Positions 1 to 8,946 of a DNA stretch of 64,000 nt are shown in pieces (within the stretch, counting starts at the first letter, position 1; every line of letters starts with the position of its first letter). A program made the position numbers and the translations under genes. Below the pieces are notes generated by a model that saw only the letters and a program-made list of their open reading frames with translations, was not told where the DNA came from and did not search any database. The stretch spans positions 96,001 to 160,000 of the forward strand of contig CAVYHE010000003.1 in assembly GCA_963768305.1 (NCBI GenBank), given 5' to 3'. The DNA is from an uncultured bacterium. Its GTDB lineage: Bacteria; Margulisbacteria; WOR-1; CAVSGV01.

Positions 1-405
1 TCCTGTCGCTTTTGCCTTCGCGAGTTCCCTGTTTATCGCGTGAATGTTATGGTCCCACATATCGCCTGTGACCCCGTCAATGGACATCCCGACCACTCCG
101 CCAAGAAGGATATTGGCCCAGAACCAGCCCCTTATGCTCCTTCCGATCGTGATCCGCTCGGTGCTGTAGCCTTCGTATTCCAATACAACGGTATAGTCAT
201 CAAATTTGTTCAATACAAAAGAGCAGGGAGTATATTGAACATTTGTTATTCCGCCACCTATCAAAGTCACTCTTACCGCTGGCGGAACGGTCCTTATATC
301 CAATTTTGACAGCTGATCACCCGTGAAAATTGTCGCGCACCCCGCGACCAGACCAAGCGACAAGATCAAAACGATCAACATGGCAAAAGAAATTCGTTCC
401 TTCAT
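1..405 (-). CDS. Lipoprotein, PEGA-like (3' end runs off the window)
   Basis: Read by hand; absent from the ORF track. ATG at 405 with AAGGAGG RBS; MKERISFAMLIVLILSLGLVAGCATIFTG (lipobox LVAGC), later GWFWANILLGGVVGMSIDGVTG; no stop before base 1. Confidence 0.75.
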   Translation of the reverse strand, partial: MKERISFAMLIVLILSLGLVAGCATIFTGDQLSKLDIRTVPPAVRVTLIGGGITNVQYTPCSFVLNKFDDYTVVLEYEGYSTERITIGRSIRGWFWANILLGGVVGMSIDGVTGDMWDHNIHAINRELAKAKATG

Positions 406-406
406 T

Positions 407-517
407 TTAATTCCTCCTTAAATTATTGAAGAGGGCGGCAAATATTCCGGCGAACAGGCCGAAGAAGATCCCAAAAACCAACGGCAGTTTATTTTTTCTG
501 ATATTTAACGCCTCCAT
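407..517 (-). CDS. Possible 36-aa membrane peptide
   Basis: MEALNIRKNKLPLVFGIFFGLFAGIFAALFNNLRRN*. A TATAAT sits 7 nt upstream of the ATG, and the stop abuts the next gene's start. Confidence 0.45.
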   Translation of the reverse strand: MEALNIRKNKLPLVFGIFFGLFAGIFAALFNNLRRN

Positions 518-543
518 GGAAATTATTATACCCCTCCTTATTT

Positions 544-1188
544 TCATTTCAATGGTATAGGCGCTATGGGGCGCGGCGTTTCGTAGATAAGCTTGCCATT
601 TTTATCATATGACCTGCTTTTCCCGCTCTCAGTATCATTGATAAAGTTCGCTTCTGTTTTTATCTTTCCGTTCTCATAATATTCTTTTACAGGGCCGTTA
701 AGCCTGCCATGAAGATAATTCATCTTGACCATAAGGGCGCCGTTCTCATAATATTTCTTCGATAAGCCTTCCTGCTTGCCGTCTTTAAAATTGCCTGTCC
801 GTATGACACTGCCGTTCTCGTAAAATTCCTTTGCGGGGCCGTCCAGCTTCCCGTTAACGCAACGGGCCGTTGACGCTAATTTGCCCGAATGATAGTACGA
901 TCTTGTGAGCCCCTCCGGGTTGTCATTTTTATAATATGTTTCAACGGCAAGTTTCCCGGTCGGATCATACCTTCGCACCCATCCGTTCGGGATGTGGCCT
1001 GTAAGGCTTTTAACCTCGCCGGATTCGGTAAGCGTCTTTACCGCGATCGCCTTGTCTCCGTCGTAATAGGTTATTATTTCCGGATCAATGATCGTGTATT
1101 GTTTTGTGATCCTTGAGGTGACTTCGGCGCAAGAAACGGCAGATAAGGCGGCGGCAAATAGGATGATAAAGCAAAGTGTTTTTTTCAT
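544..1188 (-). CDS. MORN-variant repeat (YwqK-like) lipoprotein
   Basis: Signal peptide with AVSC; repeated (Y/F)YENG...G motifs; GGAGG RBS. Confidence 0.8.
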   Translation of the reverse strand: MKKTLCFIILFAAALSAVSCAEVTSRITKQYTIIDPEIITYYDGDKAIAVKTLTESGEVKSLTGHIPNGWVRRYDPTGKLAVETYYKNDNPEGLTRSYYHSGKLASTARCVNGKLDGPAKEFYENGSVIRTGNFKDGKQEGLSKKYYENGALMVKMNYLHGRLNGPVKEYYENGKIKTEANFINDTESGKSRSYDKNGKLIYETPRPIAPIPLK

Positions 1189-1200
1189 ATTTAGTCCTCC

Positions 1201-2193
1201 CTAAAAAGCCATCTTCCCTGATCTATTGAAGTCCGTCTTTGCCAGGTCAATCGATCTTATCCTGGGATTTGTCCTGCTGAACCAGGAAAGCTTTTTGTTC
1301 TTGAGGTCATAGACGGCGGTCCACTGGGTGACGGACTGGGATGTTGACGCGTGGCGGACATTTGTCTGCGTCGCGCTCTTCATTATATTGAACACATCGC
1401 TGATTGTAAGCTTATTCTCCTTTTCAGCTTTTGCCAGCGAGTATGCCGCGAAGGCATACCTGTTCTCGGTAGTGGTCTCGCCTTTTTCAAGCGGGATAAC
1501 TTCTTTCCCGCCGAAGCCCTTGAATTGGCTTAAATACCTCTTGTTATGCTCGTAAAATGAGTTCGTGATGACGGGCGGTTTGGGATGCCTGTGGATGACA
1601 AGTTTGCCGTCCGGAAAATCGATCAATGCGGAGTTGCCGGAAGGGTCGGCGAGGAACCAGTGGAGGTCCGCTTCAAAGCCGCCGAACTTAAAACCTGCAA
1701 TCCTTGTTTTTTTCAGGTTCATTATGGCCTCATCCACGTTAGCGGAAGTATCGAGCAGATATTCAAGCAGCTGGGAGTTATTAATGGATATTTTGCCGTT
1801 CTTCGCGGGATATTTGACTGCCGGCGGGGGATGGATCCAGAACCCGCCGCCCCAGAGGCCTTTTTCGTTCATGCCGCAGGTGGGGGCGCTGTCTTTTAAT
1901 CTGAAAACTTTAACGATGAACTCGAAGACCGGGTTGAATTTGCCTACCATGTTAAAGGTGACGCTGCCGTATTTTGAGGTCCATTTGGCGCGGGGGGAGC
2001 CGTCCCAGACTATGTCCGCGGTTTTCTTTATGCCGCGGTCGTTGATGTAGATGCTGCCTTTGTCGGACGGCCAGTCCATTGTGCGGCCTACAAGCCGTAC
2101 GCCGTCCTTATCCATAAACACGCCGGTGCAGGGGAAGGCGGAGGGGGAAAGAATAAACAGGCAAAGGATAGAAATGAGGATCTTCGTTTTCAT
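1201..2193 (-). CDS. Linear amide C-N hydrolase (choloylglycine hydrolase / penicillin V acylase family), secreted
   Basis: Signal peptide, then nucleophile CTG, GRTMDW, GMNEKGL, HWFLADPSG, ITN and TQWTAVYDL motifs. Confidence 0.85.
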   Translation of the reverse strand: MKTKILISILCLFILSPSAFPCTGVFMDKDGVRLVGRTMDWPSDKGSIYINDRGIKKTADIVWDGSPRAKWTSKYGSVTFNMVGKFNPVFEFIVKVFRLKDSAPTCGMNEKGLWGGGFWIHPPPAVKYPAKNGKISINNSQLLEYLLDTSANVDEAIMNLKKTRIAGFKFGGFEADLHWFLADPSGNSALIDFPDGKLVIHRHPKPPVITNSFYEHNKRYLSQFKGFGGKEVIPLEKGETTTENRYAFAAYSLAKAEKENKLTISDVFNIMKSATQTNVRHASTSQSVTQWTAVYDLKNKKLSWFSRTNPRIRSIDLAKTDFNRSGKMAF

Positions 2194-2225
2194 GGGAGGA
2201 TTATACTAAAAAATGGCGGAGAATA

Positions 2226-2969
2226 CTATGGCCTATGAGATGCTGCAGATCGCCAATCTTGATATGAAAAAGTCATGCCCTTGTAAACTAGTTTAATTGG
2301 ATATTCTTTTGGTTTTTCGAAGGCAAGATAGTAATAATTCCAAGAATTTGCTGCAATCGAAGAAGGTTGAACAAGAGCATGATTAACAATATCTTTGGCA
2401 AATGCTTTTGTTTGTGCTGCGTTACTGTTTGCCAAGGCCACATCTATACTTTTCCCCAATTCTTGATAAGGATTGTTTTGTGAGTTTACGGTTGAGTAGG
2501 AATTTCCGACGGCGTATCCATTTCCGCCATATGCAGATGCATTTGTGTTTACGGTATATTGTTTATCAACAGGCATATTTTCAGCATTAACCTGGCTAAC
2601 ATAAGCACCCCCCAAAGCATCAAGCATCACTATATATGGGTTTTCTTTAATAAGAATATAATTACTATTAGTTTTCGCTACAAAGTCATCAGGGTTTACC
2701 CCGTATGCTTCTGAAGAATCATTTTGAATGCGAATGACAAAAAATAAAGTGTCGTAATATTCGTCAGCAGCGGTGGCAGTAATATGTTGAAAGCCCAACT
2801 TATTCCCATAAGTATTTATTGATGTATTTAATATATCAAGGGATGCGACTTCTGTCGTTACATTGTTTTCAGGTATATATGACAGGGTATTAATATTACT
2901 ACACCCAGATAGGAATAAAGCGCCTAAAAATAAAATGAAACAAAAAACAACAAAACATGTTTTATTCAT
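2226..2969 (-). CDS. Hypothetical lipoprotein (AT-rich)
   Basis: MNKTCFVVFC...LSGC lipobox; start moved to 2969, after the GGCGGTGAG RBS. Confidence 0.65.
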   Translation of the reverse strand: MNKTCFVVFCFILFLGALFLSGCSNINTLSYIPENNVTTEVASLDILNTSINTYGNKLGFQHITATAADEYYDTLFFVIRIQNDSSEAYGVNPDDFVAKTNSNYILIKENPYIVMLDALGGAYVSQVNAENMPVDKQYTVNTNASAYGGNGYAVGNSYSTVNSQNNPYQELGKSIDVALANSNAAQTKAFAKDIVNHALVQPSSIAANSWNYYYLAFEKPKEYPIKLVYKGMTFSYQDWRSAASHRP

Positions 2970-3007
2970 GTTCTCACCGCCTTGCAGGGGCATTGGATGT
3001 TAACCAG

Positions 3008-3157
3008 TCATTTATTGTATATTGCCAGAGCAATTACCATGCCAGCAACGGCAATCCCAGCACCAATTCCAGTTTCATTTGAACTCGAACCAGCAATAAG
3101 ACATGCAACTATAATAAATGCGTTCAATATTATTTTAACCCAGTTCAAGTTTTTCAT
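3008..3157 (-). CDS. Small two-TM membrane protein
   Basis: MKNLNWVKIILNAFIIVACLIAG...; two hydrophobic stretches; RBS nearly identical to that of the downstream gene. Confidence 0.55.
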   Translation of the reverse strand: MKNLNWVKIILNAFIIVACLIAGSSSNETGIGAGIAVAGMVIALAIYNK

Positions 3158-3269
3158 GTTCCCACCGCCTATGGAGGGATTATACGCCAAGAGAAGAATA
3201 CTTCAAGTCAGCTGAGATCAGGCGAAATCGACAAAAGAGCATAATAAATCGAATTGCGAAAGGCGAAGT

Positions 3270-4604
3270 CTATTTATTAATGATTTCATATTTCTCGGTA
3301 GATACCTTAAGCCAGCCTATTTTATTTTTGAAAAGATCAATTATGTCTGATAATTTCATTTTTCCTTCTTCCTTTAAATAAAGTAAATTCAATAAGTCTA
3401 TTGTTCTCATTATTAGCACCTGACGGCTTACAGCATATTTTATCTGTTCTTGATTGATGTCTCGCATTTTGTCAGCAATACTATTTGACGATTTAATAAA
3501 AGTATTAGCAATTAATATTGATGGGAAATCGGAAGGTTTATCGTTTTGTGCTCGATGATGATCAACCTGGGAAATGTTTTCATTTTTGATATTTTCATTT
3601 ACTCCTTTAATTTCAATAAGAACCATTGCCTGCTGTTTTTCATCTAAAATTGTTCTATCTTCTTTGAATTGTTCTATTTTACTTCCAACGGTGAGACCAA
3701 GACCCTTTTCAAGAATATTCTCAACACTTTTCACCAAAAGATCAGAGTTATAACAGAGACATCTTTTATATTCATTATATGTATTTATTGTATGTTCTAT
3801 AGTCTCAATTTCACTTAACAGTTTATTTTCCCTCTCAATTAATATTCTTTCTGTTTCAAACTTATAATCTTTTGCCCATTCAGGAGCTTCTTGTATTAAT
3901 TTCTTTGAAATAGAAACTAAGGCCGAGGAAAGCTTTTTGAAAAAATCTCCTATTTCATCGTTACTTGGTAAAATACACGGGATGAAATATATTTGATCTT
4001 CAGAAATAAAACCTACAATCTCATCATTAGTTTCGCATATTGTCTTTGCTGATTTGTCACGATATGGATCGAAGCTAGATCGGGCCATACCAAATTGATC
4101 TAGAAAAGGTTTAAACTCATCGATATGGATCTTTGTTATTTGTAGATCTTTATCAAAATTGCGAATATTAGTTGTTTCTAGGCAAAGCTTACATAAATCT
4201 CTATCTCTCACATCACCTCGAGTTTCAGTTCTCGTTATAAATGGCCTATAAACAAGAAAACATACAAACCCGCCTTCTTTTAAAAGTTGAATCAGCTGAT
4301 TTCTTCTCTTCAACAATTCTTCTCGATTATAAGTTACAGTGATTTCCGATTTCTCAAAAAATGAATCTCCTCTCTTAAATTGTTCAAAAGTTGACTGAAA
4401 CATAATTACGCCATCATAGTCTTGAAACTTTTCAGTTGTATTTATATCGGCAAACCTAAGGATATAATTACTATTTTTGATGATTTGATTTAAATATTGA
4501 TAAAATCTAATGTCGATTTGTTCTGTTCCATATACTAGGATACGTGGTAAGACAGATTCAATTTTCTTGCCAGGTCCTTCGTTCTCTTTGTCTGTTTCGT
4601 GCAT
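3270..4604 (-). CDS. AT-rich hypothetical protein with coiled coil and possible C-terminal PD-(D/E)XK nuclease-like domain
   Basis: 444-aa ORF with AAGGAG RBS; C-terminal ED...LIEIKG...SQV pattern. Confidence 0.55.
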   Translation of the reverse strand: MHETDKENEGPGKKIESVLPRILVYGTEQIDIRFYQYLNQIIKNSNYILRFADINTTEKFQDYDGVIMFQSTFEQFKRGDSFFEKSEITVTYNREELLKRRNQLIQLLKEGGFVCFLVYRPFITRTETRGDVRDRDLCKLCLETTNIRNFDKDLQITKIHIDEFKPFLDQFGMARSSFDPYRDKSAKTICETNDEIVGFISEDQIYFIPCILPSNDEIGDFFKKLSSALVSISKKLIQEAPEWAKDYKFETERILIERENKLLSEIETIEHTINTYNEYKRCLCYNSDLLVKSVENILEKGLGLTVGSKIEQFKEDRTILDEKQQAMVLIEIKGVNENIKNENISQVDHHRAQNDKPSDFPSILIANTFIKSSNSIADKMRDINQEQIKYAVSRQVLIMRTIDLLNLLYLKEEGKMKLSDIIDLFKNKIGWLKVSTEKYEIINK

Positions 4605-4624
4605 AATAACTCCTTTATTTATGC

Positions 4625-5785
4625 TTAACCCACGATTCTCATAGCTTCTATTTTCGCCTCATCATACACCATCTTTAACGGAACATTCTTTATCCGTGAT
4701 ATCCTGACGCAATCCTCGTATTCCGGCGAAATGTTCTTGATCGCATTGCCGACCTTCCCGATCTTCACCATCACCTTGCCGTATTTCGTCTTCACCTGCT
4801 TCTGAAACCTGTCCAGCTTTTCCCTTTTCACCAGATATGTCCGCACCCCCAGCGTCGTCGTCTCGCTGAATATCTTATCGAGGACCTTGTCCTTATCTTT
4901 GACATCCGCCAGCGCGGTGAGCATCACCCCCGGCCTGTTCTTCTTCATCTTTATCTGCGAAATATACGCGTCCAGCGCCCCCGCCTTCATCAGCGCCGCG
5001 ATCGCGTGCTCGTATAACTCCGGATTCATGTTATCGATATTCGCCTCTATCGACAAAACCAGGTCCTCCGAATAATTCACCGCCGCCTCGCCGATGAATA
5101 ACCTCATTATATTCGCTTCCGGCAAATCGAAAGTCCCCGCGCCAAGACCGGTTCTCTTGAGCTCGAACTTCGGCATTTCCTTGAAACTTTTCGCCAGCGT
5201 CGTGATCACCGCCGCGCCGGTGGGCGTTACAAGCTCGGCCTTGATGTCTTTTTTATATACCGGCACGCCCGCCAAAAGCTTGAGCGTCGCAGGAGCCGGA
5301 TTAGGCAGCAGGCCGTGAGAGCTTTTTATTTGGCCGTGGCCGTAGGGCAGGGGGGAACAGTAGACTTCGGATATTCCCAGTTTGTCAAAACCTATCGCCG
5401 CGCCGACGATATCTACTATCGCGTCGATGGCTCCGACCTCGTGGAGATGATGGACTTTTCCGCCGTGGACATTTGATTCAGCTTCGAATAGTTTCTTGAA
5501 TATCGATAAACTCAGTTTTTTGACGCTGTTCTTAAGCTTGCTTTTGTTTATTATCCGGTAGATGTCGCCGATCGTTCTGCTTTTTTTGTCGCTGATGATG
5601 ACATTGAAATGTTTAGCTTTGAACCCTTTTTTCGTGACATTCTTAACTTGTAACTTATAACTTATAACTCCCAACTTTCTCAGCTCTTTTTTTAAATACG
5701 ACAAGCTGAGGCCTGCATCAAGTAATGCTGCCAGGAGCATGTTCCCGCTTATTCCCGTGGGGCAGTCCAGGTAGGCGACTTTCAT
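4625..5785 (-). CDS. larC: Nickel pincer cofactor biosynthesis protein LarC
   Basis: YLDCPTGISGNM, VHHLHEVGAIDAIVD, ELVTPTGAA, MKKNRPG, ETTTLGVR, PEYED motifs. Confidence 0.92.
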   Translation of the reverse strand: MKVAYLDCPTGISGNMLLAALLDAGLSLSYLKKELRKLGVISYKLQVKNVTKKGFKAKHFNVIISDKKSRTIGDIYRIINKSKLKNSVKKLSLSIFKKLFEAESNVHGGKVHHLHEVGAIDAIVDIVGAAIGFDKLGISEVYCSPLPYGHGQIKSSHGLLPNPAPATLKLLAGVPVYKKDIKAELVTPTGAAVITTLAKSFKEMPKFELKRTGLGAGTFDLPEANIMRLFIGEAAVNYSEDLVLSIEANIDNMNPELYEHAIAALMKAGALDAYISQIKMKKNRPGVMLTALADVKDKDKVLDKIFSETTTLGVRTYLVKREKLDRFQKQVKTKYGKVMVKIGKVGNAIKNISPEYEDCVRISRIKNVPLKMVYDEAKIEAMRIVG

Positions 5786-5795
5786 AGTTCTCCTT

Positions 5796-5896
5796 GGAAC
5801 CTGAGAATAAATTCTCGGTTCCGTTTTCGTAAAGGCAAATGTAGAATTAATTCTACATTTGCCCTAACTGGAACCGCGATTTCAATCGCAGGTTCC
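5796..5896. repeat. Cluster of three hairpins (REP/IS200-end-like), copy 1, between larC and larB
   Basis: GGAACCTGAGAATAAATTCTCGGTTCC (5796-5822); perfect 30-bp palindrome GGCAAATGTAGAATTAATTCTACATTTGCC (5834-5863); GGAACCGCGATTTCAATCGCAGGTTCC (5870-5896). Confidence 0.9.
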
Positions 5897-5906
5897 TGGC
5901 GGTCTT

Positions 5907-6647
5907 TCATCTGTTGTTGATGACAGCTGCCATGCAGCCGGCGCCGAAACCGTTGTCGATATTGACCACCGCGACTCCCGGAGCGCAGGAATTGAGCATC
6001 GAAAGCAGGGCGGCAAGCCCCTTGAACGAAGCTCCGTAGCCGATCGACGTCGGCACCGCGATGACCGGCTTGTCCGTCAAACCGCCGACAACCGAAGCGA
6101 GCGCGCCTTCCATCCCCGCGACAACGATTATCACATCACTTTTCGACATTTCATCGAAGTTTCCCAGTAATCGATGCAGCCCTGCAACCCCTACATCATA
6201 TAATGTAGTTATCCGATTGCCCAGGAACCGCGCCGTTTCCGCCGCTTCTTCAGCAACCGGAATATCAGCCGTTCCCGCCGTGATTAGCAAAACGCTTCCT
6301 TTTCCTTTTTCGCCGCTCCCCACAGTCACGATCCTTGCCTTACTATTATATCTGGCGGCCGGAACGAGCGATTTGATAGCTTTGTAAACCTTCTCGTCCG
6401 CGCGCGTCGCCATGATGTTCTTGTTCTTGCCGGACAGCTTTTTGAAGATCTCTTTTATCTGTGGTATCGTCTTTCCCTGGCAGTAGATGACTTCCGGGAA
6501 ACCTTTTCTCATCGCCCTGTGATGGTCCAGCTTCGCAAAGCCGATATCCTCATACGGCATATGCTTCAGCTTCGAATAAGCTTCTTCGACGGAGAGCTTG
6601 TTCGCTTTCACGTCAGCTAACAGTTTTTTGATGTTACTTTGGTCCAT
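5907..6647 (-). CDS. larB: Nickel pincer cofactor biosynthesis protein LarB
   Basis: FAKLDHHRAMRKGFPEVIYCQGKT, AGTADIPVAEEA, DVGVAGLHRL, AGMEGAL, VNIDNGFGA. Start set at MDQSN after GGAGG. Confidence 0.93.
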   Translation of the reverse strand: MDQSNIKKLLADVKANKLSVEEAYSKLKHMPYEDIGFAKLDHHRAMRKGFPEVIYCQGKTIPQIKEIFKKLSGKNKNIMATRADEKVYKAIKSLVPAARYNSKARIVTVGSGEKGKGSVLLITAGTADIPVAEEAAETARFLGNRITTLYDVGVAGLHRLLGNFDEMSKSDVIIVVAGMEGALASVVGGLTDKPVIAVPTSIGYGASFKGLAALLSMLNSCAPGVAVVNIDNGFGAGCMAAVINNR

Positions 6648-6655
6648 GTTTCCTC

Positions 6656-6791
6656 CCGCGAATGAATTCGCGGTTCCTTTTCGGGGTCCCGCGAGAATAA
6701 ATTCTCGCACCCTCAAAATCAAGTCTAATGCAAATGTGGAATTTATTCTACATTTGCACAACCTGGAACCGAGATTTTAATCTCAGGTTCC
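6656..6791. repeat. Hairpin cluster copy 2 (downstream of the Y1 transposase)
   Basis: CCGCGAATGAATTCGCGG, GCGAGAATAAATTCTCGC, TGCAAATGTGGAATTTATTCTACATTTGCA, GGAACCGAGATTTTAATCTCAGGTTCC. Confidence 0.9.
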
Positions 6792-6799
6792 GGGCACCC

Positions 6800-7180
6800 T
6801 CAATATCTTTTGTCTATACCATCAAGGTTTCTTTGTTTTTTGATATAAGTTATGACTGTTTCTTTTTGGTCAGTCGGAACTTTCCTGCAGTTGAACGATC
6901 TAGCCCACAATTTTCTGACATCATATCTGTTTGACGGGTATTTCTGAAACAAATATCTTGCCGAAGCCCCTTTGATGTTTTTCATGGCTGATGAGGTGGA
7001 TATGGCATAAGGTTGATCAATGAGCATGTGCACATGGTCCGATAAGATCTCACAGGCGATTATTTCAAAGCCTTTAGAATTAGCGATATCATTGAACGTA
7101 TTAATGAGAAATTCCCTAATTTCCTTATCTTCTAAGAGATTCATTCCCTCATAAGTATTAAAAGTATAATGATATAACAT
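6800..7180 (-). mobile_element. tnpA: IS200/IS605-family TnpA-like (HUH Y1) transposase, no tnpB
   Basis: 126 aa; HUH motif DHVHML, KGASAR, LWARSF and catalytic-type YIKKQ; flanked by hairpin repeats. Confidence 0.85.
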
Positions 7181-7193
7181 CGATTTCTCCTAA

Positions 7194-7304
7194 AACCGCG
7201 ACTCCTGCGAATCAATTCGCGGTTATTTTCAATTTCCATTGCAAATGTGGAATTTATTCTACATTTGCACGATCAGGAACCGAGATTTTAATCTCAGGTT
7301 CCTG
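7194..7304. repeat. Hairpin cluster copy 3 (upstream of the Y1 transposase)
   Basis: 7240-7302 is a 63-bp direct repeat of 6729-6791 with 3 mismatches; additional GCGAATCAATTCGC hairpin. Confidence 0.9.
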
Positions 7305-7315
7305 ATGGCTTGGCT

Positions 7316-8629
7316 TCAGGTTCCTGGCTTTTCATGCAATTCATCCATCCTCTTCTTTATCTTCGCCTCAAATCCTCTGTCGGTCGGCTCGTAATATTGT
7401 TTTTTGATCTTTACATAATCCTGCTGGACAAATCCGCCTTCGTAATCGTGCGCGTATTTGTAGCCGATGCCGTGGCCGAGCTTTTCAGCGCCGTGGTATG
7501 CGGTGCTCTTAAGATGGTCAGGAACTTCCTGAGTCACATTATTTTTCACGTCATCCAGCGCTTTCTCGATACCCATGTATGATGCGTTGCTTTTCGGCGC
7601 GGTCGCCACATATACGGCGGCCTGGGCCAGGGGGATCCGCGCTTCCGGCATCCCCACGAATTCAGCCACCTGCATCGCTGCGTTCGCCACGACAAGAGCG
7701 AGCGGATCGGCGTTGCCCACATCCTCCGCCGCGCAAATGACTATCCTTCGCGCGATGAACCGCGGATCCTCGCCCGCGTATATCATCTTTGCCATGTAGT
7801 AAAGCGCGGCGTCGGGATCGGAGCCGCGCATGCTTTTTATGAAAGCCGATATCGTGTCGTAATGCTGGTCGCCTTTCTTGTCGTAAACGACGGCTTTTTT
7901 CTGGATGGATTCCTCGGCGATCTTCTTCGTGAACTTTATAGTCCCGTTCTTTCCCGGCTTTGTCGTCAAAACTCCTATCTCAAGCGAGCTGAGCGCTTTT
8001 CTGGCGTCGCCGTCGGATGCTTTTGCCAGATGATTCAGCGCGTCATCGTCTATCGAGACCTTGAAATTCCCCAATCCTCTTTCCTTGTCGGCAAGCGCGC
8101 GGGAGACGATGACCTTGATCTCTTCCTGCGAGAGCTTGTTCAGCTCGAATATCTGCGACCTTGAAACAAGCGCGGAATTAACATAGAACAGGGGATTTTC
8201 TACCGTCGCTCCTATTAGCGTGACGGTCCCGTCCTCCACGTGAGGGAGAAGCACGTCCTGCTGCAGCTTGTTGAACCGGTGGATCTCGTCAAGGAAAAGT
8301 ATCGTTCTTTTGTTGAGCGCGCGCTTCAACTCTTTTGCTTCTTTTATGGCCTTTTTAAGATCTTCCACCTTCGCGACGGTCGCGTTAAGAGCTTTAAATT
8401 CAGATTGTGTGGTGTTGGCTATGAGCTTTGCCAAAGCGGTCTTTCCGGTTCCGGGCGGGCCGTAGAGGATGACCGATGACAATCTATCAGCTTCAATGGC
8501 CCGTCTGAGCAGCATTCCGGGCCCGATTATGTGCTCCTGGCCGACGAATTCATCCAGTGTCCTGGGGCTCATCCTGTACGCCAGCGGGGCTTTCTTGTCG
8601 ATGTCGCGCTCTGATGAAAATAGGTCCAC
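7316..8629 (-). CDS. rarA: Replication-associated recombination protein A (MgsA/RarA)
   Basis: PLAYRMSP, Walker A GPPGTGKT, DEIHRFNK, HYDTISAFIKSMRGSDPDA. Likely GTG start at 8629. Confidence 0.95.
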   Translation of the reverse strand: MDLFSSERDIDKKAPLAYRMSPRTLDEFVGQEHIIGPGMLLRRAIEADRLSSVILYGPPGTGKTALAKLIANTTQSEFKALNATVAKVEDLKKAIKEAKELKRALNKRTILFLDEIHRFNKLQQDVLLPHVEDGTVTLIGATVENPLFYVNSALVSRSQIFELNKLSQEEIKVIVSRALADKERGLGNFKVSIDDDALNHLAKASDGDARKALSSLEIGVLTTKPGKNGTIKFTKKIAEESIQKKAVVYDKKGDQHYDTISAFIKSMRGSDPDAALYYMAKMIYAGEDPRFIARRIVICAAEDVGNADPLALVVANAAMQVAEFVGMPEARIPLAQAAVYVATAPKSNASYMGIEKALDDVKNNVTQEVPDHLKSTAYHGAEKLGHGIGYKYAHDYEGGFVQQDYVKIKKQYYEPTDRGFEAKIKKRMDELHEKPGT

Positions 8630-8719
8630 GGGGATATTATAGCACAGCATAAAGAGACCGGAGATATGAGACAAGAAAAATCGAGCGAGCTTTCATATCT
8701 CGAATCTCTGATCTCTAGT

Positions 8720-8868
8720 CTCTTGGTTTGCTTATTTCCTCCTGAATAATGATAATAAATTCGGATTCCGATCGTATCCAGGGAAATTAGCGCGCAAAGG
8801 ATTACCCAGTCGAATCTTGTGTCTACCAGGCCGGATAATCTAAGTATCACAAATACTATAGTTCCCAA
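8720..8868 (-). CDS. Possible small membrane protein (3' end uncertain)
   Basis: TTG start at 8868 after AAGGAGG; hydrophobic MGTIVFVILRLSG...WVILCALISL. The frame runs on into heptamer repeats and rarA, so the true stop is unclear. Confidence 0.4.
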
Positions 8869-8946
8869 TTTCTAGCCTCCTTTCAGCTAGCTAACGGCAT
8901 ACGGCTTACTGCTTACGGCTGTTCGCCGTGAGCTGTTCGCAGTTTG

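Noticed and set aside
40..309. 89-aa plus-strand ORF
   Set aside because: Antisense to a better-supported minus-strand lipoprotein gene with an RBS and lipobox.
544..1188. Toxin-antitoxin system implied by the YwqK-like label
   Set aside because: The similarity reflects MORN-variant repeats in a lipoprotein; no adjacent toxin gene is evident.
6648..6761. N-terminal extension of LarB in the ORF track
   Set aside because: It runs through the hairpin cluster; the GGAGG RBS and family motifs point to the ATG at 6647.
5796..7304. CRISPR array suggested by repeated ~30-bp palindromes
   Set aside because: Only three clusters, separated by whole genes, with no regular unique spacers and no cas genes; they fit Y1-transposase-associated hairpins better.
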